Source: Macrostomum lignano (Eukaryota). From it: a stretch of 64,000 nt of DNA. Numbering within the stretch: position 1 is the stretch's first letter; each line of letters begins with the position of its first letter. The position numbers and the translations under genes are program-made. The stretch is taken from NCBI GenBank assembly GCA_002269645.1, contig NIVC01001028.1, positions 1 through 64,000 of the forward strand, read 5' to 3'. Under the pieces are notes generated by a model. That model had not been told where the DNA came from. It saw nothing but the letters and a program-made list of their open reading frames with translations, and did no database searches. Positions 21,731-36,084 of this stretch are shown here, one piece after another.

Positions 21731-24215
21731 TAATTAATTTTTGTGTATATTTTACATAGTTGTTTATAAAGGGATAGAGAAGTAGAACTCCTATTGTGCC
21801 AGAATTCCATTCATTGAAATGCATCTTCTTCATCAGCATTGCAAGATCTTTTTAGCAATATAAGTCTCTCCTTTCAAAGTTTAAAACTCAAGGAACAATT
21901 ATTAGCATTTGAAACTTCTCAATTTAAAGCATTGAAGTATTGAGTAAGTTCATTGCCTGCTATGTTAATTTCACTATCTAGCTAATACATAGGGCTGCTA
22001 TTGATAATAAAACCAATTGAATCTTGATATAGTAGCACCCAGTTAAATAATCACATGGTTTGTCAGCCCTTCTATTGCCAAGAAATCAATGTAGCTGATC
22101 TTCCTACCACCCCACAAAATGTACACAGTTCAATTTAATAGTGCAAATGGGCACTCAACTTCTCTCTAGCAAACAAGCATTAAAGTTTATTTGTACCTTT
22201 TATAGGGAGGGGGGTATTTGCATTGAATATACCCACCCCCTCCAATACATAGTGACAGTTATAAATTAATTGCCATCTTCCTTCTACCCTTTTTAAAAAC
22301 ATGCCACCACCCCTCCATTGGAGAGACAAAGTGGCCAAAGAAGGTTGAAAATTTTTTTTTGCTTTTTTTAAAAAGACTAATGCTTGTAGTTTTTAAATTT
22401 CCAACATTAAAATAGCTTTTTAGTTCTGTAGGAAAATTCTATTGATAATATATAGTCATAAATTTTTGTTGGTAGCTATTTAAGAAGAGATATATATATA
22501 AACCTAGCTAGCTAGTCTGCTTTGCTTTAGATATAAGATAACATACATATTAATATATAAATAGTAAATATAATAAATTGTCTTCCAAAAATTTATTTTG
22601 ACATACTATATTACCTTGACTATGGCTTTTATCTCTAGTTTCACTTTTAAAATGCTTACAAAATCATCTAGGCTCTAAATATAATGGCAAATATAGTCAA
22701 CCTCCTATTATTTTTTGTAGTTTTTATGCTAGTTATTTTAACTATTGCTAATGGAATGATGATATTAGAAAATAATAGCATGATAGTTATTACTAAGTAG
22801 ATTTGTCATACCAATGCTCATAGCTCATGGGATCTTCTGTTGTCAAATACTTGGAGACCTTTGACTTGACAAAACACAGTAGCCATTGACAGTTAACACT
22901 ACCTTATTGTGCTTGCTACTTTCCATAATTATTTCAAAAAGGGAGCATTAGCCTCTTATCTATACACAGTATTGATTGTGGCTCATTTAGCAAAATTAGG
23001 ATATTGTTATTGGCACTACTACTAGTATGGGGATTCACTTCTATTGGCTGATATATTTGTTATTCTGTGATTGGCTAGCAGAGGAGATAGAATAAAGGCA
23101 ACAAGAGGCTTGGATGTTATTGTCATCATAGTAAGCAAAATGGCAAAGACAGCATTGCCTTTTGTGCAAATCATAGAATGGTAGAATATAAGTGTAAATA
23201 TGTCATAACTGTGTCTTCATATCACTGGTATACCATAACCATTTTGAATTTTAGATGATAATATATGTAATCAATTTTCTCATTTTAAAAAATTAATAAA
23301 TGACTTACAAACTTTTATAGGAATTGAAACAAATTTAGAAGAACACCAATTTCTCAATATAAAAAGTTATAATATTTAATTACAATTTTTTGAAGAATCT
23401 ATGCCAAACAAGTATCAAAGTTTCTTAGTTGTTTAACTAAATAAGAAAAAGCAAAGAAAGAAAAGAAGAAAAAAGATAAAAAGGCAAAACAAAGTAAGAA
23501 AGCAAAAGAATAACAAACAAATGAAGTTGCATAATAAGCAAACTTAGTTGCATTTGCAGTCAAAAGTACAAAATTATTATGAATTATGGCTAGATATGCT
23601 GGACAGCATCTACTAAACCCCCATCAGTTGCAATAATGGCATCTGTGTCTTTTATAAGCATCTGAATTGCAATGAAATTGAAAACCAAGGATGCCAGCTG
23701 ACATCAGTCGATGAATTCAAAATCAAATAGATTGCCAACATCTCTACCCGAGGTTTTTTGTGGTATACAGGCGCCATGGTATCCTGGATTTGGACCCCCA
23801 ATGCCAAATTGACACCCTGTTTTTTTCTGAGATTGTTGCCAACTTATCTAAACTTGTTATAAGCAAATTCAATTATCCGATGGTTGATCTAAAATGGGAT
23901 AGAATTCAGTAGAATAATACAATTTAGTGCATTGGGAATTTGGGACTTGGGTCAGAGGCTCAGTCAGAGCAGTGTGGGGGCGCAGGTTAAAGATATTATA
24001 ATTTTCTTAATTTTTGAACTTTTTTTATTGATGTCACCTGGCATCTTGGTATTTAGTTTGGCATCGGGGTCGCGATATAAAATGACATGAAATTGAGTAG
24101 ATGCCAATGCCAGCCATTGCCAATGTGAAAGCTGACAGCTACAGGCACATATTTCACATATTATTCACATTTATTCACTTACACTGAAAGCCTGTTCCTG
24201 CAAATATAATCCTAG

Positions 24216-24572
24216 ATGAAAAGCCTACTGGATCACCGGCCACCAGTGTCGCGGCAAAAAATGTCCATGATCACTAAATCGGCTATACGGGGCATCAAAT
24301 TCTACAAGCACATTGTGCAAAGCGTTGAAAAGTTCATTCAAAAGTGCTCGCCAGACTACAAAGTGCCCGGCCTGTACGTCATGGACGCCATCATACGGCA
24401 GAGCCGGCATCAGTACGGCGCAGAGAGAGACGTGTTTGCGCCAAGATTTCTAAAGAATCTGCTGCCCACATTTCAACAGCTGTTTCGTTGCGACGAAAAA
24501 GACCGACCGCTGGTTGTTCGGGTATTGAATTTGTGGCTGAAAAATGAGACATTTCCGCCGGAAGTTATTCAG
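24216..24572 (+). CDS. SCAF8: SCAF4/SCAF8 exon 2 (CID domain)
   Basis: IKFYKHIVQSVEKFIQKC..YKVPGLYVMDAIIRQSRHQ..DVFAPRF..VVRVLNLW; AG and GT boundaries. Confidence 0.95.
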
Positions 24573-24588
24573 GTAATTAATTGGGACA

Positions 24589-25050
24589 ATGGCTGTTCCA
24601 TGGGCCTCTGAAACTGAGGGATTTTCTGAAACTGAATGCTATTCCATGGGCCTCTGAAACTGATGGCTGTTCCATGGGCCTTTAAAACTGAGGGCTGTTC
24701 CATGGGCCTCTGAAACTGAGGGCTGTTCCATGGTCCTCTGAAACTGAGGGCTGTTCCATGGTCCTCTGAAACTGAGGGCTGTTCCATGGGCCTCTGAAAC
24801 TGAGGGCTGTTCCATGGTCCTCTGAAACTGAGGGCTGTTCCATGGGCCTTTGAAACTGAGGGCTGTTCCATGGTCCTCTGAAACTGAGGACTGTTCCATG
24901 GGCCTCTGAAACTGAGGGCTGTTCCATGGTCCTCTGAAACTGAGGGCTGTTCCATGGTCCTCTGAAACTGAGGGCTGTTCCATGGTCCTCTGAAACTGAG
25001 GGCTGTTCCATGGTCCTCTGAAATTCCGAGGGCTGTTCCATGGTCCTCTA
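24589..25050. repeat. 28-bp minisatellite in SCAF8 intron 2
   Basis: Unit GGGCTGTTCCATGGTCCTCTGAAACTGA, ~16 copies. Confidence 0.95.
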
Positions 25051-25125
25051 TATGACCCATTCCAATTTCTATGCGCAGTACAGATGCTAATCTAGCCGCT
25101 CAAATTGTTTAAACTTGCCGTTTAG

Positions 25126-25545
25126 TCGCTACTCAGTCTGGCTGACAATCCCGAGGACGCCAACCTGCTGGCTCTGGCTCAGGCCCAGGTGTCTGTGGCC
25201 ATCAACAACCAGGCCACTGCCAGCTCAAGCGGCGGCAACTCAGCTCGTCGATTGAAGCGACCGCATCATCACCACGGTCATCATCACGGGCACAGGCAGC
25301 GTCAGCATAGTAGCCAAGATTTCGTTGACAACAACGACAATCCGATTGGCGCTGGCGTTGCTATGGAAACCATGCCTGTCGGCGACGGCGAATTCGACTA
25401 CGTTGGCGACAATAGCAACGAGCCCTCTGCTGCTGAACAGGCCTCGATCGCAATGCCGCAGGGTGGCATTATCAGCTCTGTAGCCGAACTGTTACAGAAA
25501 TTTCAAGACAGCGATGATGTTCGCGACCAGATCAATCAGCTGCAG
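25126..25545 (+). CDS. SCAF8: SCAF4/SCAF8 exon 3
   Basis: TTTAG|TCG CTA CTC (SLLSLADNP continues the last CID helix); donor CAG|GTGAAT; phase 0/0. Confidence 0.8.
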
Positions 25546-25632
25546 GTGAATGTCCTGATCCAAAGTCTTCATCCAGTCTTTGTAGCTAGCTATTTGCAGT
25601 TTGTTTTATCTCTATTACTTACCTTTCAAAAT

Positions 25633-26055
25633 ACTGCATCTAGAGCTCCATAACTATAGAGCTGCATCTAGAGCTACATATCTATAGATAGCCACATCTA
25701 GAGCTGCATCTAGAGCTACATATCTATAGATAGCCACATCTAGAGCTGCATCTAGAGCTACATATCTATAGATAGCCGCATCTAGAGCTCCATATCTATA
25801 CAGCTGCATCTAGAGCTCCATATCTATAGAGCTGCATCTAGAGTTCCATATCTATAGAGCTGCATCTAGAGTTCCATATCTATTGAGCTGCATCTAGAGC
25901 TCCATATCTATAGAGCCGCATCTAGAGCTCCATATCTATAGAGCTGCATCTAGAGTTCCATATCTATTGAGCTGCATCTAGAGCTCCATATCTATAGATA
26001 GCCGCATCTAGAGCTCAAAATCTATAGAGCTGCATTAGAGCTCCATATCCATAGA
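25633..26055. repeat. 28-bp minisatellite in SCAF8 intron 3
   Basis: Unit GAGCTGCATCTAGAGCTCCATATCTATA, ~14 degenerate copies. Confidence 0.93.
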
Positions 26056-26094
26056 GTAAGGCTAAACGTCTATTTTTAAAAATTCCTATCGCAG

Positions 26095-27244
26095 AGTCTG
26101 CAGGAAAAGATTCTTCAGCAGAGCAGCATGCTCAGCCAGCAGCAGATGATCGACCCGGAGATCCTGGCCCAGCTGCAGGTCTTGCTGAAGGAGCTAACCA
26201 AGACCGCTCGGGCTGCATTTGAACGCGACCAGGAGGCCCAACGAGCCAAGGATGTGGTAGCTTACGACTACGGAGACGAGTCGGACTCAGATGACAACAC
26301 GGGCAGCAACGGACTGCAGAGGCAGCAGAGGTCCAAATTGAATGCCGCTTATCCAGCAACCAGCGGCGGTGTTGATCAGAACTTTCTCGACCAGCTGCAA
26401 CAGATGACGGATATGCTGGAGCAGACTCGAGTGCTGCAAGAGCAGCTGCAGTCGGCTATGATGCAGCAGCAGCTGGAAGAAGCTGAGCAGCAGCAGCAGC
26501 AGCAACACGAGGAGCAGTTCTACCAGCAGCAGCAGACAGCTCGGCAGCGGCTGTCCTACGAAGAAGGCGAAATTGACGAAGAGGCGTTAGCCAAAGCAGC
26601 TGTGCCTGCTGCTTCCTCTATTAATAAGCTTAGCAACTATAATGACTTCGGTATTGATAACAGTGCGCCCGAGGGCAGCGCGGCAGTAGAAGAGACCGGA
26701 GCCGATCGCAGTCGTCACGGGCACAGTCACGGACACAGTCATCACAGCACCCGCCATCCAGCGAGATCTCCAGCAACAGCAACAACATCGTCTAGACGAC
26801 GTCGCCGAAGTCACAGCGGCGGCGGTCGCGGCGAGAGCTCTGAGCGTCGCAGAAAAGAGCGCAAGCGTAAATCGTTGCCCCGGTTACGCAATGGTCGCCT
26901 ATCGATTGTTAGCGCCACCATTTTTATTGGCAAATTGCAAAAATCCACCACGGAGGCTCGGCTCCGCTCTTTGCTAGAGGAATACGGACAAGTGCAAGCG
27001 CTTGTGCTCATCTCTTCCCGCGGCTGCGGATTTGTAGTCTATTCCAAGCGAAAGCACGCGGCCAAGGCTATTGATAAGCTGCGAAGCACTCGTCTGGACG
27101 GCGCCAGCCTGCGAGTCGCTTGGGCGCCAAATAAAGGCATTAAAGACTCCGAATTGAAAGAGTACTGGGACGAAGAGGAGGGCTGCACTTATATACCGTA
27201 CGAAACGTTTCCTAGGGACCAGTCTTGGCGCGAACTGCTGCAAG
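26095..27244 (+). CDS. SCAF8: SCAF4/SCAF8 exon 4 (Gln-rich, Arg/Ser-rich, RRM)
   Basis: RRM SATIFIGKL...RGCGFV...LRVAWAPNKGIK...YWDEEEGCTYIPYE; donor CAAG|GTGAGT. Confidence 0.93.
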
Positions 27245-27364
27245 GTGAGTACAATTGATATTTTAGTTCGTAATAAAGTGATGTCATTAAGATCAGGACC
27301 CGTCAAGACCGCCGAACATGAAAAAATTTTGAATCCTAATTTTTAGCTCAACACTTTAACAGTG

Positions 27365-28022
27365 TTGTCTTGTCTTGTCTATGGCAATAAATTATCGCTT
27401 AAGTCTTGTCTATGGCAATAAATTAGCGCTACAGTCTTGTCTATGGCACTAAATTAACGCTAAAGTCTTGTCTATGGCACTAAATTAACGCTAAAGCCTT
27501 GTCTATGGCACTAAATTAGCGCTTAAGTCTTGTCTATGGCACTAAATTAGCGCTTAAGTCTTGTCTATGGCACTAAATTAGCGCTACAGTCTTGTCTATG
27601 GCACTAAATTAGCGCTACAGTCTTGTCTATGGCACTAAATTAGCGCTACAGTCTGGTCTATGGCACTAAATTAGCGCTACAGTCTTGTCTATGGCACTAA
27701 ATTAGCGCTACAGTCTTGTCTATGGCACTAAATTAGCGCTACAGTCTTGTCTATGGCACTAAATTAGCGCTACAGTCTTGTCTATGGCACTAAATTAGCG
27801 TTAAAGTCTTGTCTATGGCACTAAATTAGCGCTACAGTCTTGTCTATGGCACTAAATTAGCGCTAAAGTCTTGTCTATGGCACTAAATTAGCGCTACAGT
27901 CTTGTCTATAGCACTAAATTAACGCTACAGTCTTGTCTATGGCACTAAATTAGCGCTACAGTCTTGTCTATGGCACTAAATTAGCGCTAAAGTCTTGTCT
28001 ATGGTACTGAATTAGTGCTAAA
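27365..28022. repeat. 31-bp minisatellite in SCAF8 intron 4
   Basis: Unit AGTCTTGTCTATGGCACTAAATTAGCGCTAC, ~20 copies. Confidence 0.95.
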
Positions 28023-28303
28023 ATCCTTGCTAAGTCGCTGGTTTGGAACTAAACGCAAGCTAGCGAGGAGGCAGCCTACTTATGTCAGTATCAACTTCAG
28101 TGTGCATCATTTTTGATGATCCGTTAAGCATGAACACAAGATGTACAGCGGAGCCTTGACTTTCTCATCAACGTGAAGCAGTGCACACACCCTTTGCCTT
28201 GGGGGTTGGTCCTCGTAGTCGTGAATTTTGCGAAAAGCCTCACAGCAAAGTTTCATGCACAAACACTCGTATCGAAGTTTTACTGATTCGCAAGATATGA
28301 AAA

Positions 28304-28500
28304 GGCGGGTTGTAGCCTTGTGGTTAGAGCGTCGGACTCTCATATCGGATTCTCAAACTACTCGGAATAATTTGGGGGTGTGGCGACCCCCTTCCCTCAG
28401 TCCTTGGACTGAACGGCCGTATGCAGCCTTCAGATGCGTTGTGCAATAGCTGCGGCTGAGCTGTCGGTTGCACATCTGGCCCAATTAGGGCAGGTGTAAC
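28304..28500 (+). mobile_element. Second SINE copy lacking the CORE-like segment
   Basis: Shares A-box head and 3' GTGTGGCGACCCC..CAGTCCTTGGACTGAAC..CTGTCGGTTGCACATCTG with 12821-13110. Confidence 0.75.
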
Positions 28501-28622
28501 CAGTTATATTTTTATTATTATTTAAATAATATAATGCTAAATGAAAAGTCGCGGGCTGGACAGCCTACTTGTGTCAGTAGTAATTTAGGATTGCAATTTA
28601 TAGCACAATCTATCTATTCCAG

Positions 28623-29281
28623 GCGGCGCGTTCATCGATCAGGACAGCGTGCCGATTGAACTCGTCGATCTGCTCCGCGATCCGGATCCGCCCGATGCCG
28701 CCGATCAGCCGCTGGCTCCGCCACCGCCACCGCCCCCGCTGCCGCCAACCGTGAGCGGCATTGCAGCGCCAGCTTTGAACCTGCCGCCGCCGCCGCCACT
28801 TCCACCGCAGCCGCCGCAACGTCCGCCGCTTCCAATGATGCCGCCAAATTTTCATGCGTTCATCCCGCCGCCGCCGATGCCGCCAACTGTGTCTTCGACG
28901 TTGACGTCCTCGACGTCATCGGCTGCTGATCCGGCACCGCCGCCGGCTATGGTTAGTCCCACTGCTGCTGTTGCTGCGTCGAAACAGCCGCCGCAGCGAA
29001 CGACGCTTCTGCCGATGCCGCCGCCGCCGCCGTCGACACAGCCGCCGCAACAGCCGCCGCAACAGCCGCCGCAGCAGCCGCATCAACACGTTCGAACCCC
29101 GATTCCTCCGCCTCGTCCTAGGCCGCCTCAGGGATTCTTTCGAGGTGGCATCGGCGGTGGCGGCGGCGGCATTGGTAGCGGCATTCTACGACCGCCGTTG
29201 ATGCCGCCGCAGGCGCTGTTTCCTCCTCGCGGCGGCGGTATCGGCGCCTGGCGCGGCGGGATTCGACGTGGCGGATTGTGA
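28623..29281 (+). CDS. SCAF8: SCAF4/SCAF8 exon 5 (Pro-rich, RGG tail)
   Basis: TTCCAG|GC restores LQGGAFIDQDSV (compare EGGMIDQET in SCAF8); total CDS 2616 nt divisible by 3. Confidence 0.88.
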
Positions 29282-30477
29282 ATTAAATTTGTGTGTTTTT
29301 TCGGATGGCTGTTGGGCCTGGTCGGGTAAGAACAAATCAAGGTCAAACCCGATCGGCTGAAGAAAGCGGGAAAAGTTACTATTTTTTTAAATTCGTGTCT
29401 GTGTGAAAATAGCTAGATTGAGCGTATACAATATGATGCGGTTTATGACTTAATTAGTTATTGTGTTTTTGTGTCCCATTTTTCTTATCGCTATCACAAT
29501 TAGTGCCGCATGGACTCGCCTGTACATGTGCATTGTTTATCTATTCTGTTGTCTGTTTAACTATTAAATATTTTATTTGGTCTGCGCCACTAATACTAGA
29601 AAAACTAAGATGTGCCAGTCAGCACATTTGCGTGTAAGCTACTTTCAGTTCAGTAGTATTTTAGTAGTAGTATTTTAATGTATTTTTAAAGCCAAGGCTC
29701 ATTTATTGTCTCTTACCCCCCCCCCCGCCTAAACCCTCCAACCGCGCCTTCCACAATACTTCCCGCCCTGCCCCAAATTTTATTGCCTTTCTCGGAATTC
29801 CAGCCTAAAGCGGCCATGTACATTCAGTGGACTGGCTAATGAACATTATTGCTGAACCAATTAGCAAGCTGTTTACGCCTGCAAGCTTGGGCTTGTAAAC
29901 TTATCAAAGTCATTTCAGCTGCCCTTATTTTTATAAAATAGCTTATATATTCTTCTTTGCTACTGAACTGAAAGTAGAAAGCAGTTTTACTAAGTATATA
30001 TGCCTGAGCTCATCTAGTTAATTTTAGTATCTGTGGGCTGCGCTAGCATTTGTTCCCAACTCATGTAGTGTAGCTCTACCAATAGTACCCTGTAATTTCC
30101 TCCTTGTAATTGCTGTACAGTAAGTCCCTTTCGCAGTTGGTAAAAACCAGCTAAACATCAGCAAATCGGCTCGGTTGGTTTGTTAGGTTTACCATCTCTG
30201 TGGCTTCTATAATACTAAAATACTTGAAATTTTATTTTCAAATACAACCGGAAAGACAGTTTGTAACCCTGGCAGCCAAAATTTACCTAACTAATTAATG
30301 CTGTACTGGTAATTCCTATTGAATAATAAAATTTCAAAATGGCTAAATTATTGAATTTTATTATTTTTTGCGATTCGGTTAGCAACTAGATACTCTGGAT
30401 TTAACTCATTAGTCAGATTGAAGGCTTTCAAATGAATTGGTTACATGCACTCTGCTCGTTTGCGGGTGCTAGGGGTA

Positions 30478-31797
30478 GGCCCTCTGTAGCTGGTGCCCCC
30501 TTCTGTAACTGGCGCCCCTCTGTAGCTGGCGCCCCCTTCTGTAACTGGCGCCCCTCTGTAGCTGGCGCCCCCTTCTGTAACTGGCGCCCCTCTGTAGCTG
30601 GTGCCCCCTTCTGTAACTGGCGCCCCTCTGTAGCTGGTGCCCCCTTCTGTAACTGGCGCCCCTCTGTAGCTGGTGCCCCCTTCTGTAACTGGCGCCCTCT
30701 GTAGCTGGTGCCCCCTTCTGTAACTGGCGCCCCTCTGTAGCTGGTGCCCCCTTCTGTAGCTGGTGCCCCCTTCTGTAGCTGGTGCCCCCTTCTGTAGCTG
30801 GTGCCCCCTTCTGTAGCTGGTGCCCCCTTCTGTAGCTGGTGCCCCCTTCTGTAGCTGGTGCCCCCTGTAGCTGGTGCCCCCTTCTGTAGCTGGTGCCCCC
30901 TGTAGCTGGTGCCCCCTTCTGTAACTGGCGCCCTCTGTAGCTGGTGCCCCCTTCTGTAACTGGCGCCCCTCTGTAGCTGGTGCCCCCTTCTGTAACTGGC
31001 GCCCTCTGTAGCTGGTGCCCCCTTCTGTAACTGGCGCCCCTCTGTAGCTGGTGCCCCCTTCTGTAGCTGGTGCCCCCTTCTGTAGCTGGTGCCCCCTTCT
31101 GTAGCTGGTGCCCCCTTCTGTAGCTGGTGCCCCCTTCTGTAGCTGGTGCCCCCTTCTGTAGCTGGTGCCCCCTTCTGTAGCTGGTGCCCCCTTCTGTAGC
31201 TGGTGCCCCCTTCTGTAGCTGGTGCCCCCTGTAGCTGGTGCCCCCTTCTGTAGCTGGCGCCCCCTTCTGTAACTGGCGCCCTCTGTAGCTGGCGCCCCCT
31301 TCTGTAACTGGCGCCCCTCTGTAGCTGGCGCCCCTCTGTAGCTGGTGCCCCCTTCTGTAACTGGCGCCCCTCTGTAGCTGGTGCCCCCTTCTGTAACTGG
31401 CGCCCCTCTGTGGCTGGTGCCCCTTCTGTAACTGGCGCCCCTCTGTAGCTGGTGCCCCCTTCTGTAACTGGCGCCCCTCTGTAGCTGGCGCCCTCCAGTG
31501 TAGCTGGCGCCCCCCTCTGTAGCTGGCGCCCTCCAGTGTAGCTGGCGCCCTCTGTAGCTGGTGCCCTCTGTAGCTGGTGCCCTCTGTAGCTGGTGCCCCC
31601 TTCTGTAGCTGGTGCCCCCTTCTGTAACTGGCGCCATCTGTAGCTGGCGCTCTCCAGTGTAGCTGGCGCCACCCTCTGTAGCTGGCGCCCTCCAGTGTAG
31701 CTGGCGCCCTCCAGTGTAGCTGGCGCCCTCCTCTGTAGCTGGTGCCCCCTTCTGTAACTGGTGCCCCTCTCTGTCGCTGGCGCTCCTCTGTAGCTGG
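30478..31797. repeat. C-rich minisatellite of 17/19-bp units with a 36-bp higher-order repeat
   Basis: TGTAGCTGGTGCCCCCTTC and TGTAACTGGCGCCCCTC alternate, then occur in runs. Confidence 0.95.
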
Positions 31798-32776
31798 CAA
31801 TGTATGACACTGCAAGTGAGCCTAAATTTCTCACTTCCGTGTCCTTATGGTGTTAGGAGTTTTAAGAGCAAGATCCCCGGATAAAACTCAACCATATTGC
31901 AGAGCGGATCGATCTTCCTACTGGCTGCTTGTTTGCTGGTGTTGGAAACTACTGGTTGGACTTGGCATTTTCTTACTTATAGAAACCTTATATAATTCTA
32001 TTGTTTGGGTTTTGTTAGTAGCCATATAGTTTTTAAATATATGTCCAGAACACCCATGTGCTATCTCAGGAATTAGAATAGTATAGTGCTTAAGTCAGCT
32101 ATAAATTCACTTCGTTGGTTACGAGTCAATAACAGCTATGAATTCAGAAAGGTCAGCTAAACGTACGAGCGTATTCTGCACTGAAAATATATAATATGTT
32201 TATTATACGAGTGAGTTGGAGCTGTTTTATGGTTTGCCAAATCGATCATCAGTGGGCGTGTATACAATTGCTAGAAAAATATATACACAATATATAGTAT
32301 ATGCTATGATTTGAATTCATTTATTCCATTGTGTACCAATGACTTACATCTATAGTAAATTGCATCACCCACAGTTGAACTGCGGTGTCACTTTGGGGCC
32401 GAGATCAATTGAGAAGAGTTGACCAGTGGATTCGAAGTGGAAACTAACGTTGTCTGAGTATTGCATCCTATTGCAGGCCCTGCAACGAGTGCAGAGAAAT
32501 TCGAAAGTCGAACCGAGACAATGATTTGCACTTAATTATCCGTGGATTTTATGTGGCAGAAAAATAGATTTTATAAACCATTGTTCCCTTTTGTCTATGG
32601 TTTCCGGCATTCATACTTGCGGTAACAATTTAATTGTTTATCGGCTTTTTTCGATTGTTGCCGGATTTCAGACGAATGTATTTGGCTATCAAAACAAGGA
32701 ACAACAATAGCAACACGGCGAAAGTGTTTCATAGTCACAAAAAGTTCTTAAGAACAAACCGATCGAATCAATTGTT

Positions 32777-33300
32777 TTACTTTCCGTAAAAGTTGAATGT
32801 GCAGTTGTGGAACTGACCACCACAGAGGCTTCTCGGCAGGTCTTGGCCGTCCTCGGGTGCTTTCATCAGCTCGCCTCTATCAGACCCAGTTGTCACACTT
32901 TCGATGGTGGATTCCGCATCGTCGTCAATCTTGGTGACTTTGGACCCATAGGCAGCCAGACAAGCGCTCATTCAGGCCACACAGTCCATGTCTCGCCGCT
33001 TGTATACATCCACTGAGCTCGAATTCTTGTGTCCCGTCATTAGTGTAATCGCTTGATTATCGAAACCGGCCTTGGCCAAACAGTTCACTTAAGTCACTCT
33101 CAAGTCGGTCCAACATTTCCAGATCTTCGCTACCTAGCTCAGGCAACCCGTTGGAACTGGACGACGCATCCAGGTTGTCCATCTCCAGAACGTAGCGCGT
33201 GCTCGACTCTCGGGTGACAAAAGCCAACTCGTCCGTGGAGAGTCCACATATTTCTCCGCCAGGAATGTTTGCGTAGCGAATCATAGCTAGTTTTCCTATT
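32777..33300 (-). mobile_element. Internally deleted Crypton-like (tyrosine recombinase/DUF3504-type) element
   Basis: Frame not in the ORF track reads AGFDNQAITLMTGHKNSSSVDVYKR (YR box II His and catalytic Tyr), in-frame stop, then GGQFHNCTFNF; acidic N-terminal segment joined directly upstream. Confidence 0.7.
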
Positions 33301-33542
33301 TGCACTCCGAATAGGAGAATTAATTCAAGCTCAAAATCAACTTGAGAATTAACTCATGGCAGCCAGGCTAGCTGTCTTCACTGTCCTTTAAATTTGCCAT
33401 AAACGATTGATTATCTCTACAACCCTTTCAAAGCGCATTCCGGCAACAATCGCATTTCATACTCAGCATCCGCACTATACATGTCTGGGCCATAGACAGG
33501 GGAAGTCAAAAGGGTACTGTCAAAAGGTCAAAAGGGGACATG

Positions 33543-33631
33543 TACCGATTTTTTTCGGCAGCAATTGCTCTACTAAGCTTCAGCCGCTACGCGGCTTCAG
33601 CTTACGCAATTGCTGCCGAAAAAAATCGGTA
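33543..33631. repeat. Perfect 26-bp inverted repeat with structured spacer
   Basis: TACCGATTTTTTTCGGCAGCAATTGC / GCAATTGCTGCCGAAAAAAATCGGTA; spacer contains AGCCGC-TAC-GCGGCT. Confidence 0.85.
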
Positions 33632-33959
33632 TATATCGTTACACTGTTAAAATCATTTTCTTTTTATCCGCAGTTACAATCTGTTGTTACACAAGTTTTG
33701 CCATAGACTATTTATTTCGCTTCTCACTGCATGCATACCGAAGTATGTCCACAGCTAAAAAAATAAGTTAAAAAGATAAACTGGTGTCTCCATCGTCTTG
33801 ATCTTTCACCTCACATCGAACATGGTCTCACAAGAGGCGAGAAAGATCTTCCTGTTGGAGATTTTAAAGAAAAAAGACATGATTATGGGCAAGTTTGATG
33901 ACTACGTACGAGCTAAATCGAAAGCAAAAGAAGGCGACAGATTGTAGTGAGGTGATGGA

Positions 33960-35975
<2,016 letters not shown>

Positions 35976-36084
35976 CTCTACATGTATTGATACTCATAGA
36001 GCTTTTCGTTATACGAGTATTAGGATATAACGAAATTTACTCCTTCACTCCAAATTTACTCCAAGGACTACTCCTTCTACTTCA

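Noticed and set aside
24569-25060. Repetitive minus-strand ORFs; likewise ORFs at 54606-55232 and 55713-55986
   Set aside because: Intronic minisatellites of SCAF8 and STOML1.
24589-28022. 28-31 bp repeats resembling CRISPR repeat length
   Set aside because: Units are head-to-tail with no unique spacers, lie in spliceosomal introns, and no cas genes are present.
30428-31834. Three 398-468 aa ORFs on the minus strand
   Set aside because: They are translations of a stop-free minisatellite, open in several frames at once, with no unique sequence.
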